Virus record (IMG/VR): IMGVR_UViG_2788500396_000001
Location: 64,859-123,665 of that record
DNA length: 58,807 bases
Direction: 5' to 3' (one strand)
Origin: a virus
Taxonomy: Duplodnaviria > Heunggongvirae > Uroviricota > Caudoviricetes
The first letter of the stretch is position 1. Every line of letters begins with the position of its first letter. Of this stretch, positions 16,180 to 26,895 are shown one piece after another. The notes under the pieces are model-generated. The model ran no database searches and was not told the origin of the DNA. It saw nothing but the letters and a program-made list of their open reading frames with translations. A program made the position numbers and the translations under genes.

Positions 16180-18437
16180 TTCTACTGGAACAGTTTTTCC
16201 CAAAAACAACTGTAGAATTATCTCAAAGAAACTTAGAAGAGTATGAGCGCTTTACTAAAATCATTAACGAAGGCCGTAAAAATCCTGTTTGGTTTGCAAA
16301 TTACTTTTTCGGGATTGAGCTTATGGACTATCAGCGATGGTGCTTTATGGAAAGTTGGGATAAGCCGTTTGTCCTGTGGCTTGCATGTCGTGGCAGCGGG
16401 AAAGCTCTTGCTGTTGGCACTCCTATCCCAACACCATCTGGATATACCACTATGGGAGAGCTGAAAGCTGGAGATGTTATATTAGACAACAATGGCCATC
16501 CAACTACAGTCTCATATGTTTCCCCGATTTATGTTGGAAATGTGTGTTATGAAATTACGTTTGATGATGGAGAATGTATTGTCGCTGATGCTGACCATTT
16601 ATGGACACTATCGACATCAGATAGTTCATATGTGACCAGTTCTACAAAACATATCGATAGATTCATATCGTTTAATCCTGATCTTTCTTTATACTTATAC
16701 CCTGATCACAAAGGAAACAAGAAAAAGATAGAGCAGATTATAAAGACTGAATCTGTTCCAACGAGATGCATTCAAGTAGATAATGAAAAAGGGTTGTTTA
16801 TGTGCGGAAAGAAGATGACTGTTACTCACAACACAACTCTAGCGGCAGTTTTTTTGATGACAAAAATGTTGCTGATTCCGGATTATCAAGTGTATATAAG
16901 CACTAACTCTGCAGCTCAGAGTATAGAAGTGTTTAAGAAGCTTGAGGATATAGCACTTCAAAGAATCCCTTCGTTTGCTTCCGCAAACGATTTGTTCGCT
17001 GGTGAGGTTGTAAAATCCGCAAATTCTGAAACTGGATTTATACACAACCCAGCTGGGCATACCATGAAACTATACAATAACTCTGGATTGACAACTTTGT
17101 CTACAAACCTGAATGCAATTCGTGGTAAGCGTGGATCAGTTCTATACGATGAATGTGCATGGCAAACTGAAGAGCAGATGGCGGCCACGGAGCATTTTGC
17201 TGATCTTGACTCTAGCTTTGCTTTAAGTACCAGTAAGATTAAATACATTAGGCCGAAAACGATGCCGTTGCAACTTCTTTATGCCTCTTCTGCCGGAGAT
17301 GTTGAATACCCATATTATTCAAAATATGTGATGTTCTCAAAGAAGATGCTGATGGGAGACCCGAATTACTTCGTATGTGATTTGAATGCTCATGCAATTA
17401 AAAACTATTCGTCAGTAAATGGAGTATTGATTGAGTCTCACCTAACAGATGAATCGATTAAGAAGGCCATGGAAGACGATCCTGATTCTGCAGAACGAGA
17501 GCTTTTCAATAGATTTAGAAAAGGCGGAGGAGAGAACGCTGTAGTTTCGATGGAGTCTCTGATCAGAAATTCTGATTTGAGATTACCATTGCTTTGTAAT
17601 GATACCGGCAAAAAGAAATTTATTCTGTGCTATGACCCTGCTAGAAACTTCGATGGTAGTGTTCTGAGTGTATGGCAATTGATTGAAGATAAATCGATAG
17701 GATATTATCTGCAATTAGAGAATGTGATTTCTATGGTTGATCCAGGAACATCTAAGAAGACTCCTTTGCCAATGCCGGCACAATTAGATATCATCAAAGA
17801 TACGATGATTGCTTATAATGGTGCTCGCGCTGCTGAATGGGAAAATATCGAACTTTACATTGATGCTGGTGCAGGTGGCGGTGGAATCAGTGCAGTGGCA
17901 GACCAGCTGATGGCTGATTGGACTGATCGTCATGGCAACAAGCATCGAGGAGTAATCGATCCTGATCACAAACAGTATGAAACTGCTCGAAAAACATACG
18001 TTGACGCTATGCCTATCGTACATTTGATTAACCCTAAAGGTTTTAAGGCGTTGATGTATAGTGATTTGGAAAAGGTTGTTAAGCTAAATTTGATGAAATT
18101 CACAGAGTATGACGGAAAAGATCATATAACAGTTGAGCTTCCAAATGGAGAATTCCAAGAAGCAAAGCTCTCACAAGAAGAGCAGATGGCTTTGGCGCAG
18201 ATTAACCTATTGAAAAACGAAATGTCGTATATGTGCCGATATGAGTCTGCCGGAGGCGGTATTTCTTACGATCTCGTTAGAGATAAACGAAATACAATGC
18301 ACGATGATAGATCTTATACAGCTGCTATGGCGGCATATGCCCTCACAACAAAAAGACGTAAAGACCTTTTGACAAAACCTAAGGAGAAAAAGAGCGTCCC
18401 TGTATTTAATTTCAGAGCGCCTAACATTAAGAAGTAG
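16176..18437 (+). CDS. terL: terminase large subunit (YonF-like) containing an intein
   Basis: ACRGSGK|TT Walker A, LYDEC Walker B, YDPAR and HDDRSYT nuclease motifs. Confidence 0.9.
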   Translation: MILLEQFFPKTTVELSQRNLEEYERFTKIINEGRKNPVWFANYFFGIELMDYQRWCFMESWDKPFVLWLACRGSGKALAVGTPIPTPSGYTTMGELKAGDVILDNNGHPTTVSYVSPIYVGNVCYEITFDDGECIVADADHLWTLSTSDSSYVTSSTKHIDRFISFNPDLSLYLYPDHKGNKKKIEQIIKTESVPTRCIQVDNEKGLFMCGKKMTVTHNTTLAAVFLMTKMLLIPDYQVYISTNSAAQSIEVFKKLEDIALQRIPSFASANDLFAGEVVKSANSETGFIHNPAGHTMKLYNNSGLTTLSTNLNAIRGKRGSVLYDECAWQTEEQMAATEHFADLDSSFALSTSKIKYIRPKTMPLQLLYASSAGDVEYPYYSKYVMFSKKMLMGDPNYFVCDLNAHAIKNYSSVNGVLIESHLTDESIKKAMEDDPDSAERELFNRFRKGGGENAVVSMESLIRNSDLRLPLLCNDTGKKKFILCYDPARNFDGSVLSVWQLIEDKSIGYYLQLENVISMVDPGTSKKTPLPMPAQLDIIKDTMIAYNGARAAEWENIELYIDAGAGGGGISAVADQLMADWTDRHGNKHRGVIDPDHKQYETARKTYVDAMPIVHLINPKGFKALMYSDLEKVVKLNLMKFTEYDGKDHITVELPNGEFQEAKLSQEEQMALAQINLLKNEMSYMCRYESAGGGISYDLVRDKRNTMHDDRSYTAAMAAYALTTKRRKDLLTKPKEKKSVPVFNFRAPNIKK
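16404..16832 (+). mobile_element. class 3 mini-intein, 143 aa
   Basis: Starts ALAVGTP and ends VTHN|T. W (DHLW), C (RCIQV) and T (VTHN) triad; no endonuclease domain. Confidence 0.85.
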
Positions 18438-18448
18438 GAGGTGACGCA

Positions 18449-19936
18449 ATGGAACATGATGGTAAAAATATAATTGTGACACCTTCGGACGATGATATTG
18501 CTCGTCATCAAAGCGCATATAATTTTGCATGGAAATATGCTCAGTTGCAGAAACAACAGCTGGTTGATCTGTTGAGCAATCGGAGCACATCGACTACTTT
18601 TACCAGATACACAAAAGAACAAATACTGCAGTATATGCAGTCTCCGTCAAGCAACGAAAAAAATATCCGGAATGCATCCATCTATATGTATGATGCATCA
18701 AGTCAATACCGGCGTTTGATCCAATATTATGCTTATATGTTTATGTGGGCATATAATCTTACTCCGATTGATTTTGATGTATCTAAAGTGAAGCAAGATT
18801 CTTTCCGGAAATCTTATCTGAAGGCTGTAGCGCAGCTAGATATGATGAACCTAAAGCATGAACTACAAAAAGCTATGTTGGTTGCTTTGCGTGAGGGCGT
18901 ATTCTACGGTGTTCAATGGTCAGGTTCAAATTCGTATTTTATTCAAAGAATTAACCCTGATATCTGCAAACTATCGTCTATTGTCGATGGAACATGGATG
19001 TATGCAGTTGACTTTAGTCAGGTAAAAGAAGACGAATTGATGTTGTATCCGCCTGAGTTTACTACTTTATATGAACAGTATAAAGCGAATTCGCAGCAAA
19101 GATGGATTGAGATTCCAGAATCAATATCATTTTGTCTGAAGGCAGATGAGACTACTAAAAGTTATAGCATACCCCCGTGGGCATCCACGCTGCCGATGTT
19201 GTACGACATTGAGACTTATAAGTCCTTGCAGGAGACCGCGTCTGAAATCTCTAACTACAAAATGATTGGCTTAGAGATACCTGTTGACGATGACGGAACT
19301 CCAAAAATGGATTATGATCTCGCATTGCAATATTATGAGCATATGGTGAACGCCTTGCCTCCATACGTTGGAGCTTTCATGGCTCCTATGAAGGCTTCTT
19401 CTTATAGTTTTGATAAGAGTGGAAATCTGAATGATGTTGATACTGTGTCAAGATCTGAGGAGCAATTCTGGAGAGAAGGCGGCACATCACCTTTGCTGTT
19501 TGGCTCTGCTGACAATAACACTGCTGGAGCGCTAAAGCTTTCTATTTCTTCGGATGAGGAAATCGTGTTCGCCATTGTGTATCAATGTGAGAGATTGATT
19601 AACCGTATTCTCAAGCAGATGTCCGGCACAACAAAATTCAAAATCAATTTCCTTCCAATCACTAAGTTTAACCAAAGTGATTGGATTTCTTATTATAAGG
19701 ATGCTGCAGCGCTCGGGATTCCAGTGAAGAGTTCTTATGCTTCTGCGCTTGGGTTATCTCCGAATGATGTTGTTGGCTTGAATTATGTTGAGATGAATAT
19801 GCTTGGCATGGGAGAGTTAACTCCATTGGTTAGTGGCTATACACAGTCATCCGCCGGACGCCCAACAGCTGACGATACTGAGCTGCAAGAATCCGGAGTA
19901 CAGACTCGTGAATCTGAGGCAAATACAAACAGATAA
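18449..19936 (+). CDS. portal protein (YonE-like)
   Basis: Follows terL, 495 aa, SD AGGAGGTG. Assigned mainly from SPbeta-like synteny. Confidence 0.7.
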   Translation: MEHDGKNIIVTPSDDDIARHQSAYNFAWKYAQLQKQQLVDLLSNRSTSTTFTRYTKEQILQYMQSPSSNEKNIRNASIYMYDASSQYRRLIQYYAYMFMWAYNLTPIDFDVSKVKQDSFRKSYLKAVAQLDMMNLKHELQKAMLVALREGVFYGVQWSGSNSYFIQRINPDICKLSSIVDGTWMYAVDFSQVKEDELMLYPPEFTTLYEQYKANSQQRWIEIPESISFCLKADETTKSYSIPPWASTLPMLYDIETYKSLQETASEISNYKMIGLEIPVDDDGTPKMDYDLALQYYEHMVNALPPYVGAFMAPMKASSYSFDKSGNLNDVDTVSRSEEQFWREGGTSPLLFGSADNNTAGALKLSISSDEEIVFAIVYQCERLINRILKQMSGTTKFKINFLPITKFNQSDWISYYKDAAALGIPVKSSYASALGLSPNDVVGLNYVEMNMLGMGELTPLVSGYTQSSAGRPTADDTELQESGVQTRESEANTNR

Positions 19937-19948
19937 GGTGGTGTGTTT

Positions 19949-20152
19949 ATGAATGCTTTGTTTGTGTTTGATGAAGCTCTGGCGAATCAACTTGTGGCAT
20001 CCGGAGCTGTAGAGATTACAACTCAATATAATATCAAACAAGATGTGCGGATTTTTGATTATTCAAATCCCGCACATTTTTGTTTTGATATAGATAACGC
20101 CGTGAAAACAAATAAATGTAAAATTGTCAGAAATCTTTTCATGGCCTTTTAG
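19949..20152 (+). CDS. small hypothetical protein
   Basis: ORF with SD AAGGTGG between portal and head genes. Confidence 0.6.
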   Translation: MNALFVFDEALANQLVASGAVEITTQYNIKQDVRIFDYSNPAHFCFDIDNAVKTNKCKIVRNLFMAF

Positions 20153-20176
20153 CTGCAAAAGGAGGAGGTGAAATAA

Positions 20177-21718
20177 GTGAAGAACAAAAAGATCGGGATT
20201 AACTTTGACCTGAAATTTGACAATCTCACAGACCTTAATCCTTCTTTTGCGGCTGGTCGGGTGGCCATTGCGTATTCAGGACGAAATCGAAACCGAAGCG
20301 ATATCAGTAAGGAAGTATTTGAGAAAGCATTGCCGTCATTGGCAAACTGCCCCCTTGTTGGACGTTTCGATGCAGAGGCTGAGGACTTTGGTAGTCATGA
20401 CGTTAGAGTAAAAGTTAATGATGACGGGACTGTTGCTGTTGAGGCGGCAACCACACCTTTTGGAGTTGTCCCTGAAACAATGAATGCGTCTTGGCAGGAA
20501 GTGACTGAGGAAGACGGTACTGTTCGCGAGTATCTGTTTTGCAACGTCATTCTTTGGAAGCGACAACCAGGCTACGAATGTTTGGCTTCTCAGGGAGTAT
20601 GGCATCAGTCAATGGAAATCAATGTTGATCAATATGTGATCGACAAAGATGGCTACTGTGTCATCGAAAATATGAATTTTGAAGCTTTGTGCATTTTAGG
20701 CAATTCGGTTGAACCATGTTTTGAAAGCGCAAGCGTTCAGATCGGAACGAATGTGGCCGTATCTGATTATAAGGCTCAATTTGCTCTTATGCTTGAAGAG
20801 TTGCGTGCTTACTATTCTGACAATAACAAAACAGAAGGAGGGGAAGTTAGTTTGACTGAGGAGAAGAAGTTTGAAATTCTCGCAAAGTATAACCTCAAAA
20901 TTGAAGATTTGAATTTTGAGGTTTCTGCGGAGATGACTGAGGAAGAGTTTGAAGCCAAGGTTGCTGAGTTTGCAAATGCGAACATCAACAATAATGGTGA
21001 AGGCGATCCTGAAAATGTTCCCAGTGAGCAGATGTTCTCTGCTACCTACAATCAGCGCCGCGATGCTTTGCGCAACGCTCTTGACCCAGAGATTGTTCGA
21101 GACGGAGCCGGTAAACTTGTCCAAGAGACTTACTACTACCTGGTTGATTTTGATGATGAGTATGTATATGTCGAAAAGGATGTGTGGAATGCCGCCGGGG
21201 ATTATGAATCCACTAATGGCCGGTTCTCTTACACTTATGACGAAGAGACTGCGACCGCTTCTATCACTGGTGAGTTTGAGCGGATGATTCTGCGCTGGCT
21301 GACAGAAGAGGAGAATGCAAAATTAGAGCAATCACGTACTGCATTTGAGGCTCTTTCCAATGAGTTTAGCGAATACAAGGAGACTCATTCTTATGACAAT
21401 GATGCGTATGATGCTCTGAATTCTTTTAAGATGGCAACCCAGGAAGCAGAGCACAAGAAGAAGGTAGATGAGATTTTGGAGCGGTTTGCTGAACTTGCTG
21501 AAAACGAGGAATTTAAGGCACTGTCAGAAACTGCCTATGATTTCTCAGACCTTAGCGATCTTGAGAAAGAATGTTATGCCATCAAAGGCAAGATGTCTAT
21601 GGCGTTTTCTAAGCCCGCTAAGAAACAGACAACGGTGCGTGTTGCTGTTTCTCAAGCAAATGAAAATAATGAAGAACTGTATGGCGGTCTGTTTGCAAAA
21701 TACAGCCGCAAAAAGTAA
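20177..21718 (+). CDS. prohead protease/scaffold-like protein (YonD-like)
   Basis: N-terminal YSGRNRN, QSMEI and ALCILG domain with an acidic coiled C-terminus. Positional support. Confidence 0.65.
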   Translation: MKNKKIGINFDLKFDNLTDLNPSFAAGRVAIAYSGRNRNRSDISKEVFEKALPSLANCPLVGRFDAEAEDFGSHDVRVKVNDDGTVAVEAATTPFGVVPETMNASWQEVTEEDGTVREYLFCNVILWKRQPGYECLASQGVWHQSMEINVDQYVIDKDGYCVIENMNFEALCILGNSVEPCFESASVQIGTNVAVSDYKAQFALMLEELRAYYSDNNKTEGGEVSLTEEKKFEILAKYNLKIEDLNFEVSAEMTEEEFEAKVAEFANANINNNGEGDPENVPSEQMFSATYNQRRDALRNALDPEIVRDGAGKLVQETYYYLVDFDDEYVYVEKDVWNAAGDYESTNGRFSYTYDEETATASITGEFERMILRWLTEEENAKLEQSRTAFEALSNEFSEYKETHSYDNDAYDALNSFKMATQEAEHKKKVDEILERFAELAENEEFKALSETAYDFSDLSDLEKECYAIKGKMSMAFSKPAKKQTTVRVAVSQANENNEELYGGLFAKYSRKK

Positions 21719-21735
21719 AAGAGGAGGAAAAATAT

Positions 21736-22257
21736 ATGGCTAATCATGCAATTGTTCGGCTGGATCTGATGGCTGGAACCACTGATCCTTCCCTGCTGCG
21801 TTCTGTGCGCTATCACGATGGTTCCGATTATGCCGCTATTGATAACGGCAATGTTGTTGCGATTGACTCTCTGATCACTGGCGAGCGAGAGGTTTTCAAG
21901 GCAGTGAAGCCCACCGCTGAGACTAAGCTGGAGGCTATCGCCCTGATTGCGTCTCCTGAGTATATGGTGGATGAGCGCAAGCATAATCTGGATGAGTTCA
22001 CCAATGAAAAGGGTGACATTGCTCGTGCTTACATCTTCCATAACGGTGATATTTTCTCTGTGACTGCAGAGGCTTTGGACGGCACTCCTTCTGTCGGCCA
22101 TGCTGTTGAAGTGAAGGCTGACCAGACTAAGATCCATACCGTCGCTACCGAGACTGCTTCTGCTTTGGTGATCGGCAAGGTTATTGAGATTGATACCGTT
22201 GGATCTGTGAAATACTATGTGATTGCTGTCGCGCCTCACGTTGGCGTTGGCGGCTAA
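21736..22257 (+). CDS. capsid-associated/decoration protein (YonC-like)
   Basis: Directly precedes the MCP; highly biased codon usage. Confidence 0.6.
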   Translation: MANHAIVRLDLMAGTTDPSLLRSVRYHDGSDYAAIDNGNVVAIDSLITGEREVFKAVKPTAETKLEAIALIASPEYMVDERKHNLDEFTNEKGDIARAYIFHNGDIFSVTAEALDGTPSVGHAVEVKADQTKIHTVATETASALVIGKVIEIDTVGSVKYYVIAVAPHVGVGG

Positions 22258-22282
22258 TTTTTTTTAAAGGAGGAATGAAATC

Positions 22283-23293
22283 ATGGCAGATATGAATACC
22301 AAAGATCTTGTTAAGTTGATGCTGGACTATCGTCATGGCTGTGTTCAGCAGTTCTCTAAGGACGAGGCTCGTGAGACCATTCGTCAGGCTTTGATCGATG
22401 CTAATGGCGGTAGCACCAAGCTGACCTATAAGTCTTTCCGAAATAACCCTCAGATGTACACCATTATCGAGACCCTGATTGATCAGGTTCGTGCTGAGGG
22501 TCTGACTGGTAATGAGTTCTTCAATCGGTTTGTTGAGCAGAAGAACCTTGCTGAGGGTGATGGTGCGGAGTTTACCGTCAAGGAGAAGGCCAATCTGGTT
22601 GTGGCCGATATCGCTCGTGGCACTCAGGGCATTCGCCGTCAGCGTGTGGCTGCTCGCAGCTCTGTGACCCTTGTACCTACTGCCCATGGCATTAAGGCAT
22701 ACGAGGAGATGACTCGCGTTCTGTCTGGCCGCGCTGACATCAATGATCTGGTTGATCAGGTTACTGAGGCTGTGACTAAGCGTCAGTTGGACGATATTTA
22801 TGGTGCATTCAGCGGTGTGACTCAGGATACTCTGGGCGAGGATTATTATCCTACCGCTGGTACTTATGATGAGGATGCTCTGCTGGATGTGTGCCAGCGT
22901 GTTTCTGCTATCAATGATGGTGCCACTGTGACTATTGTTTGCACATTGAAGGGTGCTCGCAAGATTAAGGCAACCACCAATGTGAGCACTGAGGAGAAGA
23001 GTGATATTTACAATTATGGCTATCCCATGAAGTGGAACGGCATCGATGTGATTGTTGTTCCTCAGCGTCTGAAGGCTGGAAGCGATGAGTTTATCTTTGA
23101 TGACGATAAGATTTATGTGATTCCTTCCAATATGGATCGCTTCATCAAGATGGTCGTTGGTGGCGATGATGTGTTTAAGATCACTGATGATGCTACTGAG
23201 AACGCTGATATGTCTATGGAGGTTATGTACATCACCTATTACGTCGTCGGCGTGGTTGTCGGTCGTAAGTTTGGTGTATACGAGATGACCTAA
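22283..23293 (+). CDS. major capsid protein (YonB-like)
   Basis: 336 aa, strong SD AAAGGAGG, strong codon bias, position in the head module. Confidence 0.75.
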   Translation: MADMNTKDLVKLMLDYRHGCVQQFSKDEARETIRQALIDANGGSTKLTYKSFRNNPQMYTIIETLIDQVRAEGLTGNEFFNRFVEQKNLAEGDGAEFTVKEKANLVVADIARGTQGIRRQRVAARSSVTLVPTAHGIKAYEEMTRVLSGRADINDLVDQVTEAVTKRQLDDIYGAFSGVTQDTLGEDYYPTAGTYDEDALLDVCQRVSAINDGATVTIVCTLKGARKIKATTNVSTEEKSDIYNYGYPMKWNGIDVIVVPQRLKAGSDEFIFDDDKIYVIPSNMDRFIKMVVGGDDVFKITDDATENADMSMEVMYITYYVVGVVVGRKFGVYEMT

Positions 23294-23329
23294 TAAGCAA
23301 ACAAAATAGATTAAAAGGAGACACAAGGA

Positions 23330-23932
23330 ATGGCTACTAAGCGAACCACTAATACTAACTCTACTAAGACCACCAGTCGTGCAAAGAAAGGGGCCGCTGT
23401 TGCGGCCCCTTCTGCCGCTCAAGAAAATATTGCAACTGTAGAGGTTGTGCAACCTGAGATCAAGGCAGTTAAGCGACCTAAGCCTAATTTTGAACTGACT
23501 GATTCTGTGTTGATCCGAAATGGATATCATGGAACTCTTGTAATTGGGCTTCCAAAGTCTGGCTATACCCTGAAGATGCAAAATTTTGGGGATGAAGACT
23601 ACGTAGAAATTGCGGATTTAAAAACTCTGAGAAATAGTCATCCAAAGTTTTTTAAGAACAACTGGATCTTGTTTGATGATCCAGATGTGATTGATTATCT
23701 GCACATCAATGAGTTTTACAAAAATACTTTGAACGTGGAAGAGATTGATGAGTTATTCAATCTCCCGATGGAGGAGTTGAAGTCTGCTGTGTCTAAATTG
23801 TCTTCTGGACAAAAGAAGACGGTGATGTATGCTGCTTTAGAGAAGATTGAGGATAGAACTCTTGATTCTCGAAGCAAAATTCAGACGCTTGAAGAAGTGC
23901 TTGGTTGTTCTCTGGTAGAGAATATGGAGTGA
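23330..23932 (+). CDS. head-associated hypothetical protein (YonA-like)
   Basis: ORF with SD AAGGAG; synteny. Confidence 0.65.
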   Translation: MATKRTTNTNSTKTTSRAKKGAAVAAPSAAQENIATVEVVQPEIKAVKRPKPNFELTDSVLIRNGYHGTLVIGLPKSGYTLKMQNFGDEDYVEIADLKTLRNSHPKFFKNNWILFDDPDVIDYLHINEFYKNTLNVEEIDELFNLPMEELKSAVSKLSSGQKKTVMYAALEKIEDRTLDSRSKIQTLEEVLGCSLVENME

Positions 23933-23936
23933 TTGT

Positions 23937-24380
23937 ATGCCAACACCGTATAGTGAAATTCATCAAGTAGCCATTCAAAAAATCTCCGCTTATGGTCTAC
24001 TTGATTTTCAACCGTCAGACAGAGAGGCGATTCTTAATGGTTTCCTAAAAAGCGCTGTTGTTGATTTCTCTAGGATTTGTAAGGTTGATTTGTCGGATAG
24101 AGATGATCTCCTTGCCCAGTTCAATAATGATCTGGACGAGGAGATTATTGAGATCTTAGCTACTGGAGAAGCTTATTACTGGGCTAAACCAAAAGTAGCA
24201 AACGAAGAAAATTTCTATAACCTGATGAATTCTGGAGACTATAGCTTTTTCAGCCCCGCTAATTTACTTGACAAAATGATGAAAATGCAGGAACTTATGG
24301 AGAAAGATTTTCGAAAAAAGATGATGTTATACAGTTACAAAACATCTAACATTGCCGAGTTGAGTACAAATAATGCTTGA
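23937..24380 (+). CDS. head-tail adaptor-like protein
   Basis: MPTPYSEI...SPANLL; position after the capsid genes. Confidence 0.55.
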   Translation: MPTPYSEIHQVAIQKISAYGLLDFQPSDREAILNGFLKSAVVDFSRICKVDLSDRDDLLAQFNNDLDEEIIEILATGEAYYWAKPKVANEENFYNLMNSGDYSFFSPANLLDKMMKMQELMEKDFRKKMMLYSYKTSNIAELSTNNA

Positions 24381-24672
24381 TATTTTTTTGGATTATTTGA
24401 TAGGGGCATCTTATAAGATTTTGACATCATATGAATCTGACAACGGCGGAGAAAAATATTTTTCGTATCTTGAAAGTTTGTCGTCTGACGTTATGGGTGC
24501 TTTTAAAACATTTCCAGATTTACAATCCAATAAGCATTACATTAAGATTGCAAATTTGGTGAACTACCTTATGGACGCAAAGATTGCACATTTTAAATGT
24601 AGGAGATTAACCTTTGAGATTATTGCAGAGATTGAGCTTGTAAAGTTTGATTTTGGGGGTGATCTCCATTGA
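24373..24672 (+). CDS. hypothetical protein
   Basis: 99-aa ORF overlapping both neighbours. Confidence 0.65.
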   Translation: MLDIFLDYLIGASYKILTSYESDNGGEKYFSYLESLSSDVMGAFKTFPDLQSNKHYIKIANLVNYLMDAKIAHFKCRRLTFEIIAEIELVKFDFGGDLH

Positions 24673-25646
24673 TAAATTGGGATTTGTATGCCAAGCAGTT
24701 ACAGCATAAAGGCATGACTTCACGCGATAGAATTATATCTCGTGAAAAAGAGGCTTTGATTACACAATTTGAAAAGGTTCCTTCCGCTAAAAATACGTTA
24801 GTGGATGGAGAACTGAAAAAAATGATTGTTTCATCAACTCAGGCATTAAATGAGAAGACTTTTGTTTTAATGCCAGGTGACACAATTAAAATCGGAGATA
24901 TTGTTGTTTGGGAAAATTTGCATTGGTTGGTTGTCGAATTGGATTTTGACAATACTATCGCCTATAAAGGACGTATTGCCCAATGCAACAGACAAATCAG
25001 GTGGCAAAACCCAGCAACAAAAGACATCATTGAACGATGGTGCTTGATGACAAAGCCCTATACCTCTAATGTGACAAATGGAACCCAGATTAGTGTATCT
25101 AACCGTGAATATAAGGTGCAAATACCATACGACGACGAAACGAAGCTGGTGGATCTTGATAAGCGTTTTATGCTCGAACTTATCAATGGGAAACCAAGGA
25201 CCTATAGCTGCACATCTGTTGACCAGCAAACAAATGTATATCAAGATCTCGAAAATGGGTTTATCGTATGGAATTTAAGCCAAGATGAGGCCTGTCATCC
25301 GAATGACAATATTGACCTTATGGTGTGTGATTATGTTCAAAGTAATGAAGGCCAAGAAAATCCAAACATTTATACAATAAGTGGAATGGATATTCTTCGA
25401 GCTGGACTGGGAACATTTTTGTATACCTTAACCCCATCGGTTGAAGGTCAGAATAATATTGCTTGGAATTATTCTGTGCAAACAGATAAACATGAATTTG
25501 TTCATATGGAGCAAAATGCGGATAATTCTGTGTTGTTGTCTGCAGAAAGTCAAGCAATAGGTGCGATTATTGAATTGTATGTGACTGATCGCCTCGGAGA
25601 AGAAATAGCTAGAAAGTCAATTGAGGTGGTGGATGTTTATGGTTGA
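24669..25646 (+). CDS. head-closure/neck-like protein
   Basis: 325 aa, GDIVVWENLHWLV beta motif; synteny. Confidence 0.55.
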   Translation: MINWDLYAKQLQHKGMTSRDRIISREKEALITQFEKVPSAKNTLVDGELKKMIVSSTQALNEKTFVLMPGDTIKIGDIVVWENLHWLVVELDFDNTIAYKGRIAQCNRQIRWQNPATKDIIERWCLMTKPYTSNVTNGTQISVSNREYKVQIPYDDETKLVDLDKRFMLELINGKPRTYSCTSVDQQTNVYQDLENGFIVWNLSQDEACHPNDNIDLMVCDYVQSNEGQENPNIYTISGMDILRAGLGTFLYTLTPSVEGQNNIAWNYSVQTDKHEFVHMEQNADNSVLLSAESQAIGAIIELYVTDRLGEEIARKSIEVVDVYG

Positions 25647-26142
25647 CAACACTAACCTTGATGAACTGGTTGATTACCCGGCTTTGGTCATTGAAAGATT
25701 ATCACAGCAACAAGAAGTCATTGATCTTCTGGCTGATAAAAAGGATGCAAAAATTTCTGATATTATGGACCAGAAGGGAAACTGGAAATCATTTTACGAC
25801 TACGAATATATTCCTGGTACAACACAGGAAGTTCTATCTGCGATATGCGTTGATACTGACGTTGTATCAGTTAGAACATCAGCACAAAAAACATTGGAAT
25901 TGTATATTTCAGTTTTGTGCTCTCACGCCATTATGGTTTTAGACCGCGCAAAATTTGGAAGCATGAGAGGAAATCGCCTAAACAATCTAATTCGCTATAT
26001 TGACTTTGCTTTAAGGCTTGATAGGGATTTTGGTATTGGTAAGTTGGAGTTAAAAAATGTGAGGACAACCACGTCTGGGAACGCTTCATTTGCAAAAAAG
26101 ACACTAACTTATTCAATACCGGATTTTAATTTGGCAAACTGA
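25639..26142 (+). CDS. neck/tail-completion-like hypothetical protein
   Basis: ORF 25621..26142; the SD favours ATG 25639. Confidence 0.6.
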   Translation: MVDNTNLDELVDYPALVIERLSQQQEVIDLLADKKDAKISDIMDQKGNWKSFYDYEYIPGTTQEVLSAICVDTDVVSVRTSAQKTLELYISVLCSHAIMVLDRAKFGSMRGNRLNNLIRYIDFALRLDRDFGIGKLELKNVRTTTSGNASFAKKTLTYSIPDFNLAN

Positions 26143-26143
26143 T

Positions 26144-26881
26144 ATGTCTGAAACAAAATTAGCGTTGATTTTGGGCCGCGACATCCAGATCCCTGGGTTG
26201 TGTACAGTGGAGCAGGTCAAATTAGTCGATATAAGCGATCCTGAAATTTTTGAAAAGTACAACCAATACTTGTCGATTATTTCATATAACACAGATGATG
26301 TAATCGATTTATACAAAGCGCGGGATGAGTATGAAAAACTATCCTATGATGCTCGCGCACGCATTGATGCTTTTAGTTTGTTGATATCCGTTGATTTTTT
26401 CCGTGAAGTTTTATGGAAAGCACTTCAGTTTTTTATCAAAGAAACGGTAGTGTATGACTATGAACTTTGCGGATTTTCTATTTACAACGGGAAGAAAAGA
26501 GTCTCTATTGTTGACAGCAACACATATAAGAATGTGAGAGATGTAATTCTAAAAGCAAACTACATAAAAGCAGAGATGTCGGAAAATGAATGTGTATTTG
26601 CAAACAATAAAGCAAGGGCAATATTTGCAAAGCTAAAAAAAGGGCGAAAGGCTAAAAAGACTACGGGAGAAATGTTGGCTATTTATGATGTTGTCTCTGC
26701 GGTTTCAGTTCAAAGCAATTCATACAATCTTCTGAATATTGGAGATTTAACCATATATCAACTGTACGATCAGTTCTATCGGTTGGATACAAAAACGCAG
26801 ATTGATGTCTGTAGTTTGAAATGGGCTGCTTGGGGTACAGAGCCATTTGATTTTTCCTTATGGTATAAGAATAAACAATAG
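26144..26881 (+). CDS. hypothetical tail-module protein
   Basis: 245-aa coupled ORF. Confidence 0.65.
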   Translation: MSETKLALILGRDIQIPGLCTVEQVKLVDISDPEIFEKYNQYLSIISYNTDDVIDLYKARDEYEKLSYDARARIDAFSLLISVDFFREVLWKALQFFIKETVVYDYELCGFSIYNGKKRVSIVDSNTYKNVRDVILKANYIKAEMSENECVFANNKARAIFAKLKKGRKAKKTTGEMLAIYDVVSAVSVQSNSYNLLNIGDLTIYQLYDQFYRLDTKTQIDVCSLKWAAWGTEPFDFSLWYKNKQ

Positions 26882-26895
26882 GAGGGAATGACAAT

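Noticed and set aside
22181-23581. 466-aa minus-strand ORF (and similar ones at 21652, 26932 and 44797)
   Set aside because: Antisense shadows of highly biased structural genes.
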